Of a stretch of 64,000 nt of DNA, positions 11,001 to 22,793 are shown piece after piece. This DNA comes from Octopus sinensis. Taxonomy: Eukaryota. How positions within the stretch are numbered: the stretch's first letter is position 1; each line of letters begins with the position of its first letter. The stretch covers positions 15,934,001-15,998,000 of the forward strand of contig NC_043000.1 of assembly GCF_006345805.1 (NCBI RefSeq), in the 5' to 3' direction. The notes beneath the pieces were generated by a model. The model was given only the letters and a program-made list of their open reading frames with translations, was not told the DNA's origin and searched no databases. Made by a program: the position numbers and the translations under genes.

Positions 11001-14000
11001 TAGATACTCTTTTACTCTTTTACTTGTTTCAGTCATTTGACTGCAGCCATGCTGGAGCACCGCCTTTAATCGACCAAATCGACCCCGGGTCTTATTCTTT
11101 GTAAGCCCAGTACTTATTCTATCGGTCTCTTTTGCCAAACCGCTAAGTGACGGGGACGTAAACACACCAGCATCGGTTGTCAAGCAATGCTAGGGGGACA
11201 AACACAGACACACAAACATATACACACACATACATATATATTTATATACATATATACGACAGGCTTCTTTCAGTTTCCGTCTACCAAATCCACTCACAAG
11301 GCATTGGTCGGCCCGGGGCTATAGCAGAAGACACTTGCCCAAGATGCCACACAGTAGGACTGAACCCGGAACCATGTGGTTGGTTAGCAAGCTACTTACC
11401 ACACAGCCACTCCTGCGATGTTGATTTCTGTTACATCACTGATGCTGTATTGTGTCAGTGATGAAGTCACTTGCTTCTTAACCCTTTTGATACCAACCCA
11501 GCTGAAACCACATCTGGCTCTGTAGTACAAATGTCTTGTTTTCAAAAGTTCTGAATTAAAATCTTCCACCAAACCTTAGTCACAATTTATGTTCCTAACA
11601 CCAGCTTAATGATAACTAAGTTATTTTACTAAATTCTTTGTTATATTTAAAACTAATTGAAAGAAACGCAGAGCATCTCAAAATAAATACGGTAACGAAA
11701 GGGTTAAACGACTCTGTTCACTTTGTTGGTGACATGTACCATAAGAAGTTACACTGCTTTATGTTATAACTATTCCTCACTGTTGTCTGCTATTATTCCC
11801 CCTCTCAGCAGCAGTATGACATGACTAAAGACAGACATAGGAGTATAGGTGAGTGGGGATTTGCAAGTGTATATGGGTTAAAATTTACAACACAATACAG
11901 TAACTACATATTACAATGAAACTATTGTATAATACAGTAGTATGACAACAAAAATTGCTGTAATACAGCTGGTAGGTATCACAGCAAAACAACATAGAAA
12001 GAATGTCTCATAAATATTGTTGCAACAAAGCAGCAAGCTTGCAGAATCTTAAAGCATTGAACCAAATGCTTCACGGTATTTCACCCCTCTTTACATTCTG
12101 AGATCAAATTCTGCCAAGGTTGACTTTACCTGTCATCTTTTCGACATCAATGAAAAAAGTACCGGTCAAGCAGTAGGGTTGTTGTAATCAAGTAGCCCTT
12201 CCTTTAAAATTTCAGGCCTTGTACCAAGAGTAGAAACGATTGTTACTTATTTCTTTATTGCCCACAAAGGGCTAAACACAGAGGGGACAAACAAGAGCAG
12301 ACAAACGGATTAAGTCGATTACATCGACCCCAAAGCGTAACTGGTACTTATTTAATCAACCCCAAAAGGATGAAAGGCAAAGTCGACCCCGACAGAATTT
12401 GAAACTCGGAACGTAGCGGCAGACGATATACCGCTAAGCATTTTGCCCGGCATGCTAACGGTTCTTATTTCTTTATTACCCACATGGGTCTAAACATAGA
12501 GGGGACAAACAAGGACAGACAAAGGGATTAAGTCGATTACATTGACCCCAGTGCATAACTGGTACTTTATTTATCGACCCCAAAAGGACGAAAGGCAAAG
12601 TCGAGCCCGGCGGAATTTGAACTCAGAATGTAGTGACAGATGAAATACCTATTTCTTTGCTACCCACAAAGGGCTAAACACAGAGAAGACAAACAAGGAC
12701 AGACAAACAGATTAAGTTGATTATATCGACCCCAGTACGCAACTGGTACTTAATTTATCAACCCCCGAAAGGATGAAAGGCAAAGTCGACCTCGGCGGAA
12801 TTTGAACTCAGAACATAACAGCAGACGAAATACCGCTAAGCATTTCGCCCAGCATGCTAATGTTTCTGCCAGCTTGCCGCCTTAGCAGCAAGCTGAAACG
12901 ATTGTTCCAAGAGTAGAAACGATTGTTACTGTAGCTACAACGATAACAAAAAACAATTTAAGATTACTTATATTACACTAACATTAAATACATATCTTTC
13001 TCTACAGGTGCTCTGTTACTAAGACATGCTACTTCACCTGAGTCTACACCATCAGATGTCAAAACAGCTCTATAGTAAGTGTATCTTGTTGATATAGTGT
13101 ATCTAAGTATCTTCATCATCACCATTATTTAACATCTGTTTTCCATGCCATCATAAGTTGAATGGTTTGACAGGCTCCAGTAGGAGCTGGGAAGGTACAA
13201 CAAACATTCTGTCACTTGATATTCTTTGAGAACGATCTTAGACTCATTTGGCAATAGTGTTCGAATGCTTGCTTCATCAGCTTCAGGGCTCCAACATCAG
13301 CTTTGGCATGTTTTCTACAGCTGGATGCCCTTCCTAACACCAAACACATTACAGTGTCTACTGGGTGCTTTTTCTTATCCTCTGGCACTAATGGGGTGAC
13401 CAAGTAACTTGCAAGAAAGAGGAGGAAAAGGAAAAAGCCTCTTCTACTGAGCCACATAAAATTAAATGTCCCTTCTCTGAAATAAATGGTTTGATAGCAA
13501 AGGAAAGTGAAGCATACCCAATGATAAAATGAAATATCTGCAGTAAATTTAAAACTCAAGATCCATGAGTTGATAGTCCAATGATTAATCCATTCATGAA
13601 TGTGATTAAAGCTGATGATCTTAATAGCATTGATGAATGGGTTTTCAAGATAAGAGTTTTTACTAAGCTCCTTAACATGTGTCTTACACATTTCAACAAG
13701 GAAGATTTCCACATAGTCACTTGATTTGCTAGAGATAATTGCTAATTCTCTCTTATATTATACCCTATCATCTAAAACAAAGCAATGAAGCAGAATACAA
13801 TAGATTATAAATACTCCTGAACACAGTGAATCTGAAATGAAATGCTGGTGGACCTTTGAACGTATGTTTGTTCAAGCTGGACTGACCTACAGCTAAATAA
13901 CAACAATGCATCTCTTACACAAGTAATACTTCAATAGTCCCACACATACATGTATACATATACATATATAAAATGTGTGTGAGAGAGAGAGAGAAAGTGT

Positions 14001-14172
14001 GTGTGTGTGTGTGTTTGAGATACCTGTTAATTTACCTTAAAATTTCATCTTTTTCCATTACAGTTGGTCAGAAATGGAACTCACTCCATTTTGCAATGGA
14101 ATCAAGAAAGGGGCCTACCATTCAGACAACCTGACAGCAGAATTTGATCTTGTTTTTGGAAAACACACATGA
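935..14172 (+). CDS. aidB: AidB-type acyl-CoA dehydrogenase (ACAD11-like in automated annotations), 3' part, 8 exons; 5' end upstream of window
   Basis: Exons 935-1084, 3294-3388, 5647-5746, 7075-7215, 8185-8277, 10634-10898, 13008-13074 and 14064-14172 join at GT-AG sites into a 1020-nt open frame ending in TGA. Motifs [31 protein letters not shown] and [12 protein letters not shown] are typical of AidB/ACAD. Confidence 0.9.
1349..1584. mobile_element. pogo/Tigger-like MITE inserted in an old SINE
   Basis: Imperfect TIRs cagtaattccttgcaatatcacag / cctgcgatagtcgagggattactg, followed by TA; internal 30-bp tandem duplication. Confidence 0.6.
1620..2075 (+). mobile_element. Family F (GAT)n-tailed element
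   Basis: VNTR-like units, core sequence and (GAT)n tail. Confidence 0.75.
3294..3388 (+). CDS. ACAD/AidB exon ([32 protein letters not shown])
   Basis: ttacag acceptor, GTCAGT donor, phase 0/2. Confidence 0.9.
3838..4127 (+). mobile_element. Family F (GAT)n-tailed element
   Basis: Core sequence ending acggacgttaaacgatgatgat. Confidence 0.8.
4821..5223 (-). mobile_element. tRNA-derived SINE family A
   Basis: Head ggcgcaggagtggctgtgtgg (A box) ...ggttcagtccc (B box), internal TA/TG microsatellite, (GTAAAAGA)-type tail. Confidence 0.85.
5647..5746 (+). CDS. ACAD/AidB exon ([33 protein letters not shown])
   Basis: tttcag acceptor, GTAAGA donor, phase 2/0. Confidence 0.88.
6128..6545 (+). mobile_element. 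SINE family A, full length (partial copy follows at about 6600-6770)
   Basis: Same consensus as the other family A copies. Confidence 0.85.
7075..7215 (+). CDS. ACAD/AidB exon (METRGAT...[16 protein letters not shown])
   Basis: ttgtag acceptor, GTAATT donor, RLLTPxxKLY motif. Confidence 0.9.
7750..8005 (-). mobile_element. tRNA-derived SINE, head D plus tail 2
   Basis: tRNA-like head; 3' end gaaaccgggcccatgagcctggctaggc. Confidence 0.7.
8185..8277 (+). CDS. ACAD/AidB exon ([31 protein letters not shown])
   Basis: aag acceptor, GTATTA donor, GGxGY motif. Confidence 0.9.
8603..9207 (-). mobile_element. GC/CpG-rich non-coding insertion resembling RTE-clade non-autonomous sequence
   Basis: Flanked by 17-bp direct repeats taaat(t/a)cctcctccacc (8586-8602, 9208-9224); no RT ORF; RTE assignment is from recalled resemblance only. 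Confidence 0.65.
9960..10160 (-). mobile_element. RTE LINE 3' fragment
   Basis: Degenerate GRGRPRK..W motif on the minus strand. Confidence 0.5.
10634..10898 (+). CDS. ACAD/AidB exon with catalytic Glu ([15 protein letters not shown]...FARIYI)
   Basis: ttgtag acceptor, GTAAGG donor, phase 0/1. Confidence 0.92.
11006..11416 (-). mobile_element. SINE family A
   Basis: Consensus match. Confidence 0.85.
11478..11707. mobile_element. TTAA-flanked ~230-bp MITE (piggyBac-type ends)
   Basis: ttaaccctt...gtaacgaaagggttaa terminal inverted repeats. Confidence 0.8.
12248..12885 (-). mobile_element. SINE family B head-to-tail trimer
   Basis: Three copies of the core gtcgactttgcctttcatcc; 24-bp direct repeat at 12224-12247 and 12907-12930. 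Confidence 0.8.
13008..13074 (+). CDS. ACAD/AidB exon ([21 protein letters not shown])
   Basis: ctacag acceptor, GTAAGT donor, phase 1/2, keeps frame. Confidence 0.8.
13188..13284 (+). pseudogene. Decayed partial copy of ACAD exon 10646-10758
   Basis: Reads [13 protein letters not shown]; about 80% identical by eye with a 16-nt deletion. Confidence 0.85.
14064..14172 (+). CDS. ACAD/AidB terminal coding exon (WSEMELTPF...VFGKHT*)
   Basis: ttacag acceptor, in-frame TGA at 14170-14172. Confidence 0.75.
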
Positions 14173-14205
14173 AAAGCTAGCATAAAACCCTGAAATCAGA
14201 AACCT

Positions 14206-14211
14206 AATAAA
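14206..14211 (+). promoter_or_regulatory. Candidate polyadenylation signal AATAAA for the ACAD gene
   Basis: Canonical hexamer 34 nt after the stop codon. Confidence 0.5.
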
Positions 14212-14659
14212 ATACAGATACCAGCAATTGCATAATACAGGAATTTAGACACTTCTGGGTGGCTTATGTAATACATAAATAAGATCCAGGCTCAACTGAA
14301 AAAACTGTGGAATTGCTACATCATAGATGACGATGGTGATGATGATGCTGATATTGATGGTGGTGGTGGTGGTGGTGTGAGTGAAGGCAGTAAATGTCTG
14401 CGATGAAACTATGCAGATAGGATTAAATGTTAAATCTATTAAAGTTTTCATTAAATAACATGTTTGTTAAAACTGAAAAATCTGATGTTTTCATTTGTGT
14501 TGACAAGGAATTCATTTCACAGTCACAGAGTTTCAAGTTCGATCCCAACTGCATGCATGTTACCTTAAGCAAGTTTCTTCAACTACAGCTTCAGGCTGAC
14601 CAATGCTATGTGAATGAAGTTTGTTTGACCAAAACTCAAAGCTGTGCTGAATCCCACTG

Positions 14660-14880
14660 TGTGTATGTGCGTGTGTGTGTGTGCGTGCATGTGCATACCT
14701 GTGTGTATGTGTGTGCACATGTACACACCTGCATGTGTACATGCGCGTGTATGTGTGTGCACGTATACACACCTGTGTATACAAATGTGCATGTGCATTT
14801 GCATACCTGTATGTACATGTATGCACCTGTACACACTTGTGTGTATAAGTGTGTGCATGTGCATACCTGTGTGTGTGTTT
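14660..14880. repeat. Cryptic alternating purine-pyrimidine repeat (gtgtgcatgtgcatacct-like units)
   Basis: Direct inspection. Confidence 0.8.
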
Positions 14881-15784
14881 TGTCTGCAGCAGACACCAAA
14901 GTTATGTTGTCACAATGCGGGACATATCAATTAAATACATATATTTTGTTGCATCTTGGGTGGGTCATTACATCGATAATAAACACATGCACTGGTTCCA
15001 TTTCACCTCTTTTATTATTACTTGTCAACTGGTTAATTATTGGGTTGGCAACTAAGTTCCTGCTGTTTTTTTCTGCCAGCTCGCCACCTTATATATATAT
15101 ATACATATATATTTGTTTTTTTGTTTGTTTTTGTTTTTCCAGTTTCAGCTCTTGAGCTGTGGCCATGCTGGGGCACCGCCATTGTGGTGAAAGAGTACAG
15201 CAGGGATCACCACCCCCTGCCGGAGCCTCGTAGAGCTTTTAGGTGTTTTCGCTCAATAAACACACACAACGCCCGGTCTGAGAATCGAAACCGCGATCCT
15301 GCGACCGCGAGTCCGCTGCCCTAACCACTAGGCCATTGCGCCTCTACATATATGATGGGCTTCTTTCAGTTTCTGTCTACCAAATCCACTCACAAGGCTT
15401 TGGTTGGTCTGAGGCTATAGTAGAAGACACTTGCCCAAGGTGCCACGCAGTGGAACTGAACCATGTGGTTGGTAAGCAAGCTACTTACCACACAACCAAA
15501 TCGTTCACTTAATCAATCACTTAGGTTTATGAAGTCCTTTTGTCCTCATTTGTGACTCCATGCTTGCAATAGTTCAACTTGAACAGCAGAGGACTGATGT
15601 AGTAACTGTAAAAATTGGCATTCTTAGGTTGGTGGTTAAAATCCATCTTGTGAGAATAACCATTTTAGAAAGAGGAGACACCTAATTGCATGATCAGTTA
15701 ACTGGAGAACTAATCAAACAATCAGTTAGTTAATTGGTTAAATAGTTAACCAAATAAGAAATAAATAATAAAGAAGTGAAACAG

Positions 15785-16185
15785 GCACAGGAGTGGCTGT
15801 GTGGTAAGTAGCTTGTTTACCAACCACATGGTTCCGGGTTCAGTCCCACTGCGTGGCACCTTGGGCAAGTGTCTTCTACTATAGCCTCGGGCCGACCAAA
15901 GCCTTGTGAGTGGATTTGGTAGACGGAAACTGAAAGAAGCCCGTCATATATATGTATATAAATATATATATGCGTGTGTGTGTTTGTGTGAGTATGTTTG
16001 TCCCCCTAGCATTGCTTGACAACCGATGCTGGTGTGTTTATGTCCCCGTTACTTAGCGGTTCGGCAAAAGAGTCCGATAGAATAAGTACTGGGCTTACAA
16101 AAGAATAAGTCCCGGGGTCGAGTTGCTCGATTAAAGGCGGTGCTCCAGCATGGCTGCAGTCAAATGACTGAAACAAGTAAAAGAC
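15785..16185 (+). mobile_element. SINE family A with 16-bp TSD
   Basis: taaagaagtgaaacag at 15769-15784 and 16186-16201. Confidence 0.9.
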
Positions 16186-17071
16186 TAAAGAAGTGAAACA
16201 GAACCAGTGTGTGAGTTTATTACTAGCATAATGACACTCTCGAGAGACAACAAAATGTTTCAATACACAGGTTCACATCAAGAATCTTGGAAACCAAATA
16301 CAAATATGAAATATACATACACGTATACTTACATCTTTTTTCTTTTACTTGTTTCAGTCATTAGACTGTGGCCATGCTGGGGCACTGCCTTGAAGTATTT
16401 TTGTCAAATGAATCAATTCCATTACTTATTTTCTTAGTTATGGGGAAATAACTAAATAATATACATTGTAGTTATAACCATCCTGTCTTTTTCCCAGACA
16501 CAGCACACTTGGGATCATATTATCCAATAGAAACATTTATTCTAAGACAGTTAAGTGACATGAAGGAGATTTGGTTACTATTTCTAGTGGGTTGGCCAAG
16601 TAAAGGTTCCTTCATTGGCTCTGAACTTGTGTAGTATAATGCTGGATGAGTAACTGTGTTATCATGAGTAAAATTATATGTGGCACAGACTGTGGAAAGA
16701 AGTTTGCTTCCCAACCACATAATTCTGGGTTCAGTCCTACAGTGTGGCACCTTGTGCAAGTGTCTTCTATTATAGCCTTGGGCCAACCAAAGCCTTGTGA
16801 GTAGATATGGTGGACGAAAACTGAAAGAAGCCCATTGATATATATCGTCGTTTAGCGTCCGTTTTCCATGCTAGCATGGGTTGGACAATATGTGTCTTTA
16901 TTTGTCCCCCCCCCCCCAAACCATTTGATAACTGGTGTTGGTGTGTTTATGTTCCTGTAACTAAGCAGTTCAGGCTTTAAAAAGATAAGTACTGAGGTCA
17001 ATTGATTCGACTAAAATTCTTCAATGCCCCAGCATGACCAAAACAAATAAAATATACTCTCTCGCTTTACA

Positions 17072-17460
17072 CTTTTACTTGTTTCAGTCATCTGACTGTG
17101 GCCATGCTGGAGCACCACCTTTAGTCGACCAAATCGACCCCAGGACTTATTCTTTGTAAGCCTAGTACTTATTCTATCGGTCTCTTTTGCCAAACTGCTA
17201 AGTTCCAGGGATGTAAACACACCAGCATCGGTTGTCAAGCGATGTTGGGGGGACAAACATATATACACACATACATATATATATATACATATATACAACG
17301 GGTTTCTTTCAGTTTCCATCTACCAAATCCATTCACTCAGAAGGCTTCAGTCGGCCCAACACTATAGTAGAAGACACTTGCCCAAGGTGCCACGCAGTGG
17401 GACTGAACCTGGAACCATGTGGTTGGTAAGTAAGCTACTTACCACACAGCCACTCCTGCG

Positions 17461-17463
<3 letters not shown>
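17072..17463 (-). mobile_element. SINE family A followed by a (TA)n tract
   Basis: Consensus match. Confidence 0.8.
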
Positions 17464-17507
<44 letters not shown>

Positions 17508-17764
17508 ATATATATATATATATATAATATATATATAATATATATAATATATATATATTATATATAATATACACACACACCATCATCATCATTGTTGGTA
17601 TGGGTTGGACAGTTGACAAGAGCTGACCAACTAAAGAACTGTTCAGGTTCCATGTCTCTTTTGACATGATTTCTATGGCTGGATGCCCTTCCTATTGCCA
17701 ACCACTTTACAGTGTGTACTAGGTGGTTGTATGCAGCACCAGCATTTACAAACCTGCAAGATTT

Positions 17765-17980
17765 GGTGGCGAGCTGGTAGAAACATTAGCATGCCGGGAA
17801 AAATGCTTAGCGGTATTTTGTCTGCTGCTGCGTTCTGAGTTCAAATCCACCAAGGTCGACTTTGCCTTTCATCCTTTCAGGGTCGATTAAATAAATACCA
17901 GTTACGCACTGGGATCAATATAATCAACTTAATCCGTTTGTCCCCTCTGTGTGTAACCCCCTATGGGCAGTAAAGAAATA
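17765..17980 (+). mobile_element. SINE family B monomer
   Basis: ggcgagctgg...gtcgactttgcctttcatcc...aaagaaata. Confidence 0.75.
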
Positions 17981-18174
17981 AGATTAAGGGTGCTCAGCTG
18001 GAGGGGGTTGCAAGGGATGAGCCTGTATCCAAGGGCAGCCATGCTTTTACTTAGCTTGACATGTCTTTTCAAACACAGCAAACTTCCAGGAGTCTTGGTC
18101 GCATCATCCCAACGTTCGTAGATCCTTTCTCAACATATATACACACATACATGATGGGCTTCCATACAATTTCT

Positions 18175-18575
18175 TATTTCTTTATTGCCCACAAGGGGCT
18201 ACACACAAAGGGGACAAACTAACGGATTAAGTTGATTGTATTGACTCCAGTGCGTAACTGGTACTTATTTAATCAACCCCGAAAGGATGAAAGGCAAAGT
18301 CGACTTCGGCGGAATTTGAACTCAGAACATAGCGGCAGACGAAATACCTATTTCTTTACTACCCACAAGGGGCCAAACACAGGGGACGAACAAGGACAGA
18401 CAAACAGATTAAGTCGATTATATTGACCCCAGTGCGTAACTGGTACTTATTTAATTGACCCCAAAAGGATGAAAGGCAAAGTTGACCTCGGCGGAATTTG
18501 AACTCAGAACGTAGCAGCGGATGAAATACCACCGAGCATTTTGCCCGGCGTGCTAACGTTTCTGCCAGCTTGCTG
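18175..18575 (-). mobile_element. SINE family B dimer
   Basis: Two cores, junction gaaatacc|tatttctttac. Confidence 0.8.
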
Positions 18576-18751
18576 GCTTCCATACAGTTTGTCAACCAGA
18601 TTCACTCACAAAGCATTAGTTGACCAGCGACTTTAATAGATAACACTTACTCAAGGTATCGCAGAGTGGGACTGAACCCAAAGCTACATGGTTGCAAACC
18701 AAGCTTCTTACCACACAGCCATGCTTGTGCTATAGATTAAATACTAATCTG

Positions 18752-19340
18752 CGACTTTATATAGCTATGGTAAGACCTCACCTGGAATTTGCATCACCGG
18801 TCTGGAACCCCTATCTTTCCCAGGATATCAATCGTCTGGAAGCTGTTCAGCGATGTGCAACCAAATGATTACCCTCCATCAGGCATTTGCCATATCCTGA
18901 ACGCCTTACTTCCCTGGGCATGGACACATTGAAACTCCGTCAACCATCGTACAAACAATAACTCTGAGCACCTTTTCAAACTCCACCCATCTAACACCCG
19001 TGGACATATTTACAAAGTAAGAAAACAGCACAGCTCCCATGACTTCAGGAAACATTTTTTCACGCTGAGAGTTGCTGAAGCATGGAACAAACTGCCGGCA
19101 TCAGTTTGTTAGTTGTTGGAGCACTGCATACTTCAAAACTTCCATGCTTTCTGAGATTCGCCAACACTACACCTGATTTTCTCCCCTCCATACACACACA
19201 GGCATGTATCTGACTCATACACTGTTCACTTTCCAGACATTTCTACATTAATGCTTGTACTTTATATGCACTTTCTGACAAGTTGTGGTGCACCTGAGCA
19301 CTGTATACAATTATTTCATTATTATATTATTATTATTATT
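18752..19340 (+). mobile_element. CR1-clade LINE 3' end (decayed ORF2 C-terminus and 3' UTR)
   Basis: RLYIAMVRPHLEFASPVWNPY..DINRLEAVQRCATK*, TRGH, RKHFFTLRVAEAWNKLP, ending in an (ATT)n-like tail. Confidence 0.85.
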
Positions 19341-20169
19341 TTAATAAATTGTCCTGTTTTGTGGGTTAGATTCCTGTTTTAACAACAATAACAACAAGAG
19401 CAGAATATTTATTATTTGTTATTTTTTTTTTTTAGCTTTTTATTGAAACTTTACTAAGATCAAAAGACAGTGTTACCATATATGACAAGATTGGTTGCAT
19501 CTACCACAGATGATAATTCTGCAAAGGACAGAGTGTAACAAGCTCAACTCCTTGCAAAGCAGTTATGTTGCTCACAAAGCCACAAAGATAAATGTTAAAA
19601 GTAACATTCAGACACATGTTGCTTGTGAAGATACATTTACAAGAGCCAGAGAAGAAACATGAGCAAGAAAATACAAACAGACCAAGCAATAATCAACTAT
19701 ATTGAAACGATGTAAGAAGTCCGGTGGACACGAGAGATTACTGGTCCAAACAGCAAAATCTAAACCTACTAGTGGCAATTTAGAGTTGCACTAAGAAAAA
19801 AAAAAAATTTTTTTTTCTCTTAGTAATTTTTTTCTTTTTAATTTTTTTTTTCCTTTTTTTTTTTTACAATCTAAAAATGTAATTTTTTTCCATTAAAATG
19901 TGTTTTACAATATCAGTTCTCTGATGAATAGGATGATTAATGGTATGTTTGGGATTAGAAGAATACTTAGCTATCGTTTTTCGTTCTTTTTCATATATAT
20001 ATATATATAATTTTTTTTTTCCATATTACCATTATAATAAAAAGAAAATCATGGAAATTTTTGATTTGCAATTATCTGTTTTGTTTATTTTTCTATTGAA
20101 ATAATTTCTATTTCTTGGATTCTAGAAAAACTCTGAATGCATTACTTCAAGAGAAAATTAACTGTATGT

Positions 20170-20690
20170 ATATATATATTATATTATATTATATATATAT
20201 CAACAGAGTTTTCAGCAATGAGACCCTTCATAAATATATATCTCACAGTAAATAAAGACATGGATAGTGAATAGTTTAAGCTTTGTATGTATGTGTGTAT
20301 GTATGTATGTATATATATATATATATATGTATGTATATGTATATATATGTGTATATATATGTATACATATATATGTGTATATGTGTATATATATGTATAC
20401 ATATATATGTGTGTATATATGTATACATATATATATATGTATATACATATGTGTATATATGTATACATATATATGCATATATATGTATATATATGTATAT
20501 ACATATGTATATATATATGTATATACATATGTGTATATATATATATATATGTATATACATGTGTATATATATATGTATATACATATGTGTATATATATAT
20601 ATGTATATACATGTGTATATATATATGTATATAAATATGTGTATATATATACATATGTGTGTGTATATATATATTTATATATATATATAG
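20170..20690. repeat. Compound (TA/TG) microsatellite
   Basis: Direct inspection; source of the Y/I/M/H ORFs. Confidence 0.95.
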
Positions 20691-21544
20691 CTGTTATAGT
20701 CTTTGACTAGAATATTTAGACTAGGATTTAAGAAAACAAATAAAATAGAAACTAAGTAATATTTCAACTATATATCTCACATAATATACAATTAACAGCT
20801 TGGTATTACTATCAGCTATGGAGAGACATAGGTTATAAACTTATAAAAGTGTCATTACTTGCTCAATGGTAATTAGCATTAGAAAAATTTTAATAAAAAA
20901 AAATATCTCTAATAATAATAATGAGCTACCCAAGAATTTCTTTTCCAAACTAACCTACAAAAATGCAATCAAAAAAATTATAAATTCTAAAATTATATTA
21001 GACACAGATGTTTAGATTCTTTTTAAAATGGCAATATTACATTTTAAATTTCATTATTTAAAATCAAAAATTGATTTGTAAAATTTGAAATCAAAACTGC
21101 TTTGTAAAAAAAAAAAAAAATGAAAATAATTAATGTTGAATGCAGGGAAACTGAATACAGAGGAGAAAAATATGATAGCATTTCATGGAGTAGATTGATT
21201 GCTTGCAGGTAAATAGATGTTAACTTTTGGGTGGGGGTCAGGGTAAAATTTGGCTTATGTAGTCAACATTTAACATGCAAGCATTCCACAGAATATTGTC
21301 ATCAAACCTTTGGCAGAAAACAAGAAAATGGAACCAGTGATAGATGAGCAATAGGGTGTTAGGATGAGGGTAGAAAATAAAAGTGTTTTTGAAGTTGGTG
21401 ATTGATAGATAGATATGTAAACCAATGTCAGAGAAGAGGTAGAAAGAAGGAAAAAGTGTCAGTGAAGAAATAGATTGGCTTTCAGAAATAGTTGACAGAG
21501 TGGTATATGACTTCAAAAACATTTAATACCGGTTGTTGTTGCTG

Positions 21545-21584
<40 letters not shown>

Positions 21585-22093
21585 AAATATATATGTATGT
21601 ATATATATATACATACACATATAGATATAGATTATTATACATATATATACATATATATATGTACATTCACATATATAGATATATATACATATATATATGT
21701 ACATTCACATATATATATATATATACATACACATATATATATGTACATACACATATATATATATATATGTACATACACATATATATATATACATATATAT
21801 ACATGTACATACACATATAGATATATATACATATATATACATGTACATACACATATAGATATACATACATATATATATATATACATACACATATATGTAT
21901 ATACATACACATATATGTATATACATACACATATATGTATATACATATATACACATATATATATATACACAATATATATATATACATATATACACAATAT
22001 ATATATATATATATATATATGCGTGTAAATAAATATATATATATGTATATATCATCGTTTAACATCCGACTTCCATGCATGCATGGGTATGAC

Positions 22094-22120
<27 letters not shown>
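21545..22120. repeat. Compound (TA/CA) microsatellite
   Basis: Direct inspection. Confidence 0.95.
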
Positions 22121-22128
<8 letters not shown>

Positions 22129-22793
22129 ATATTTTCTTTTCTGAGAGATGGAGGGTTTAGACAAACAAAAAAATAAAAGAGTAAAATACTACAACAGTGT
22201 AAAAAGATGTTGAGATATACATTAAAAAAAAACAACAAAAAAAAAGAAAACAAAAAATGTCAGCAGTTAAAAATTTGTTGGGAATAAAGTAAAGGGTCGT
22301 GTTTAAGACTTAGTAAGGAAGAAATAGAAACACTGCAGTAGTGTGGATATAAAGTGTGGCTGTTTAAGTCTGGTAGTGTAACCAACATATATGAATCACT
22401 GCCCCCATCGGTACAGCTCTGATGGACCACTGCACAGTTCTGATTGTGGATGGCTGTACAGTCGGTTCAGTTCTGAATGATTGTGGGCCAGCATACACTT
22501 GGTACAGTTCTGATAGAGCTTGGATACCAGATGATGTATTTAATGTACATTGGCAAACCTGAAAACTAAACAGTATGTAACTATGGCCTAGAGATTGAGA
22601 CAATTGGGAATTGCTGGTTGGAGACCGATTATCTGACATGGCTGGCTCGGCGTTCAGCCTCTTTGGGCAACAGTATTTTTTGGTGCTGAAAGCAAACACA
22701 GGCATACTCACAGACACTTACAGATAGAAAAGAATGAGATTAGTTTATTAATTAATCATAATTGACATAAACACTTTCTCTCTCCTCAGACAC

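Noticed and set aside
20184-22129. Long Tyr/Ile/His/Met/Cys-rich ORFs (also 14427-15155, 32856-33632, 48074-48746)
   Set aside because: Translations of stop-free micro- and minisatellites
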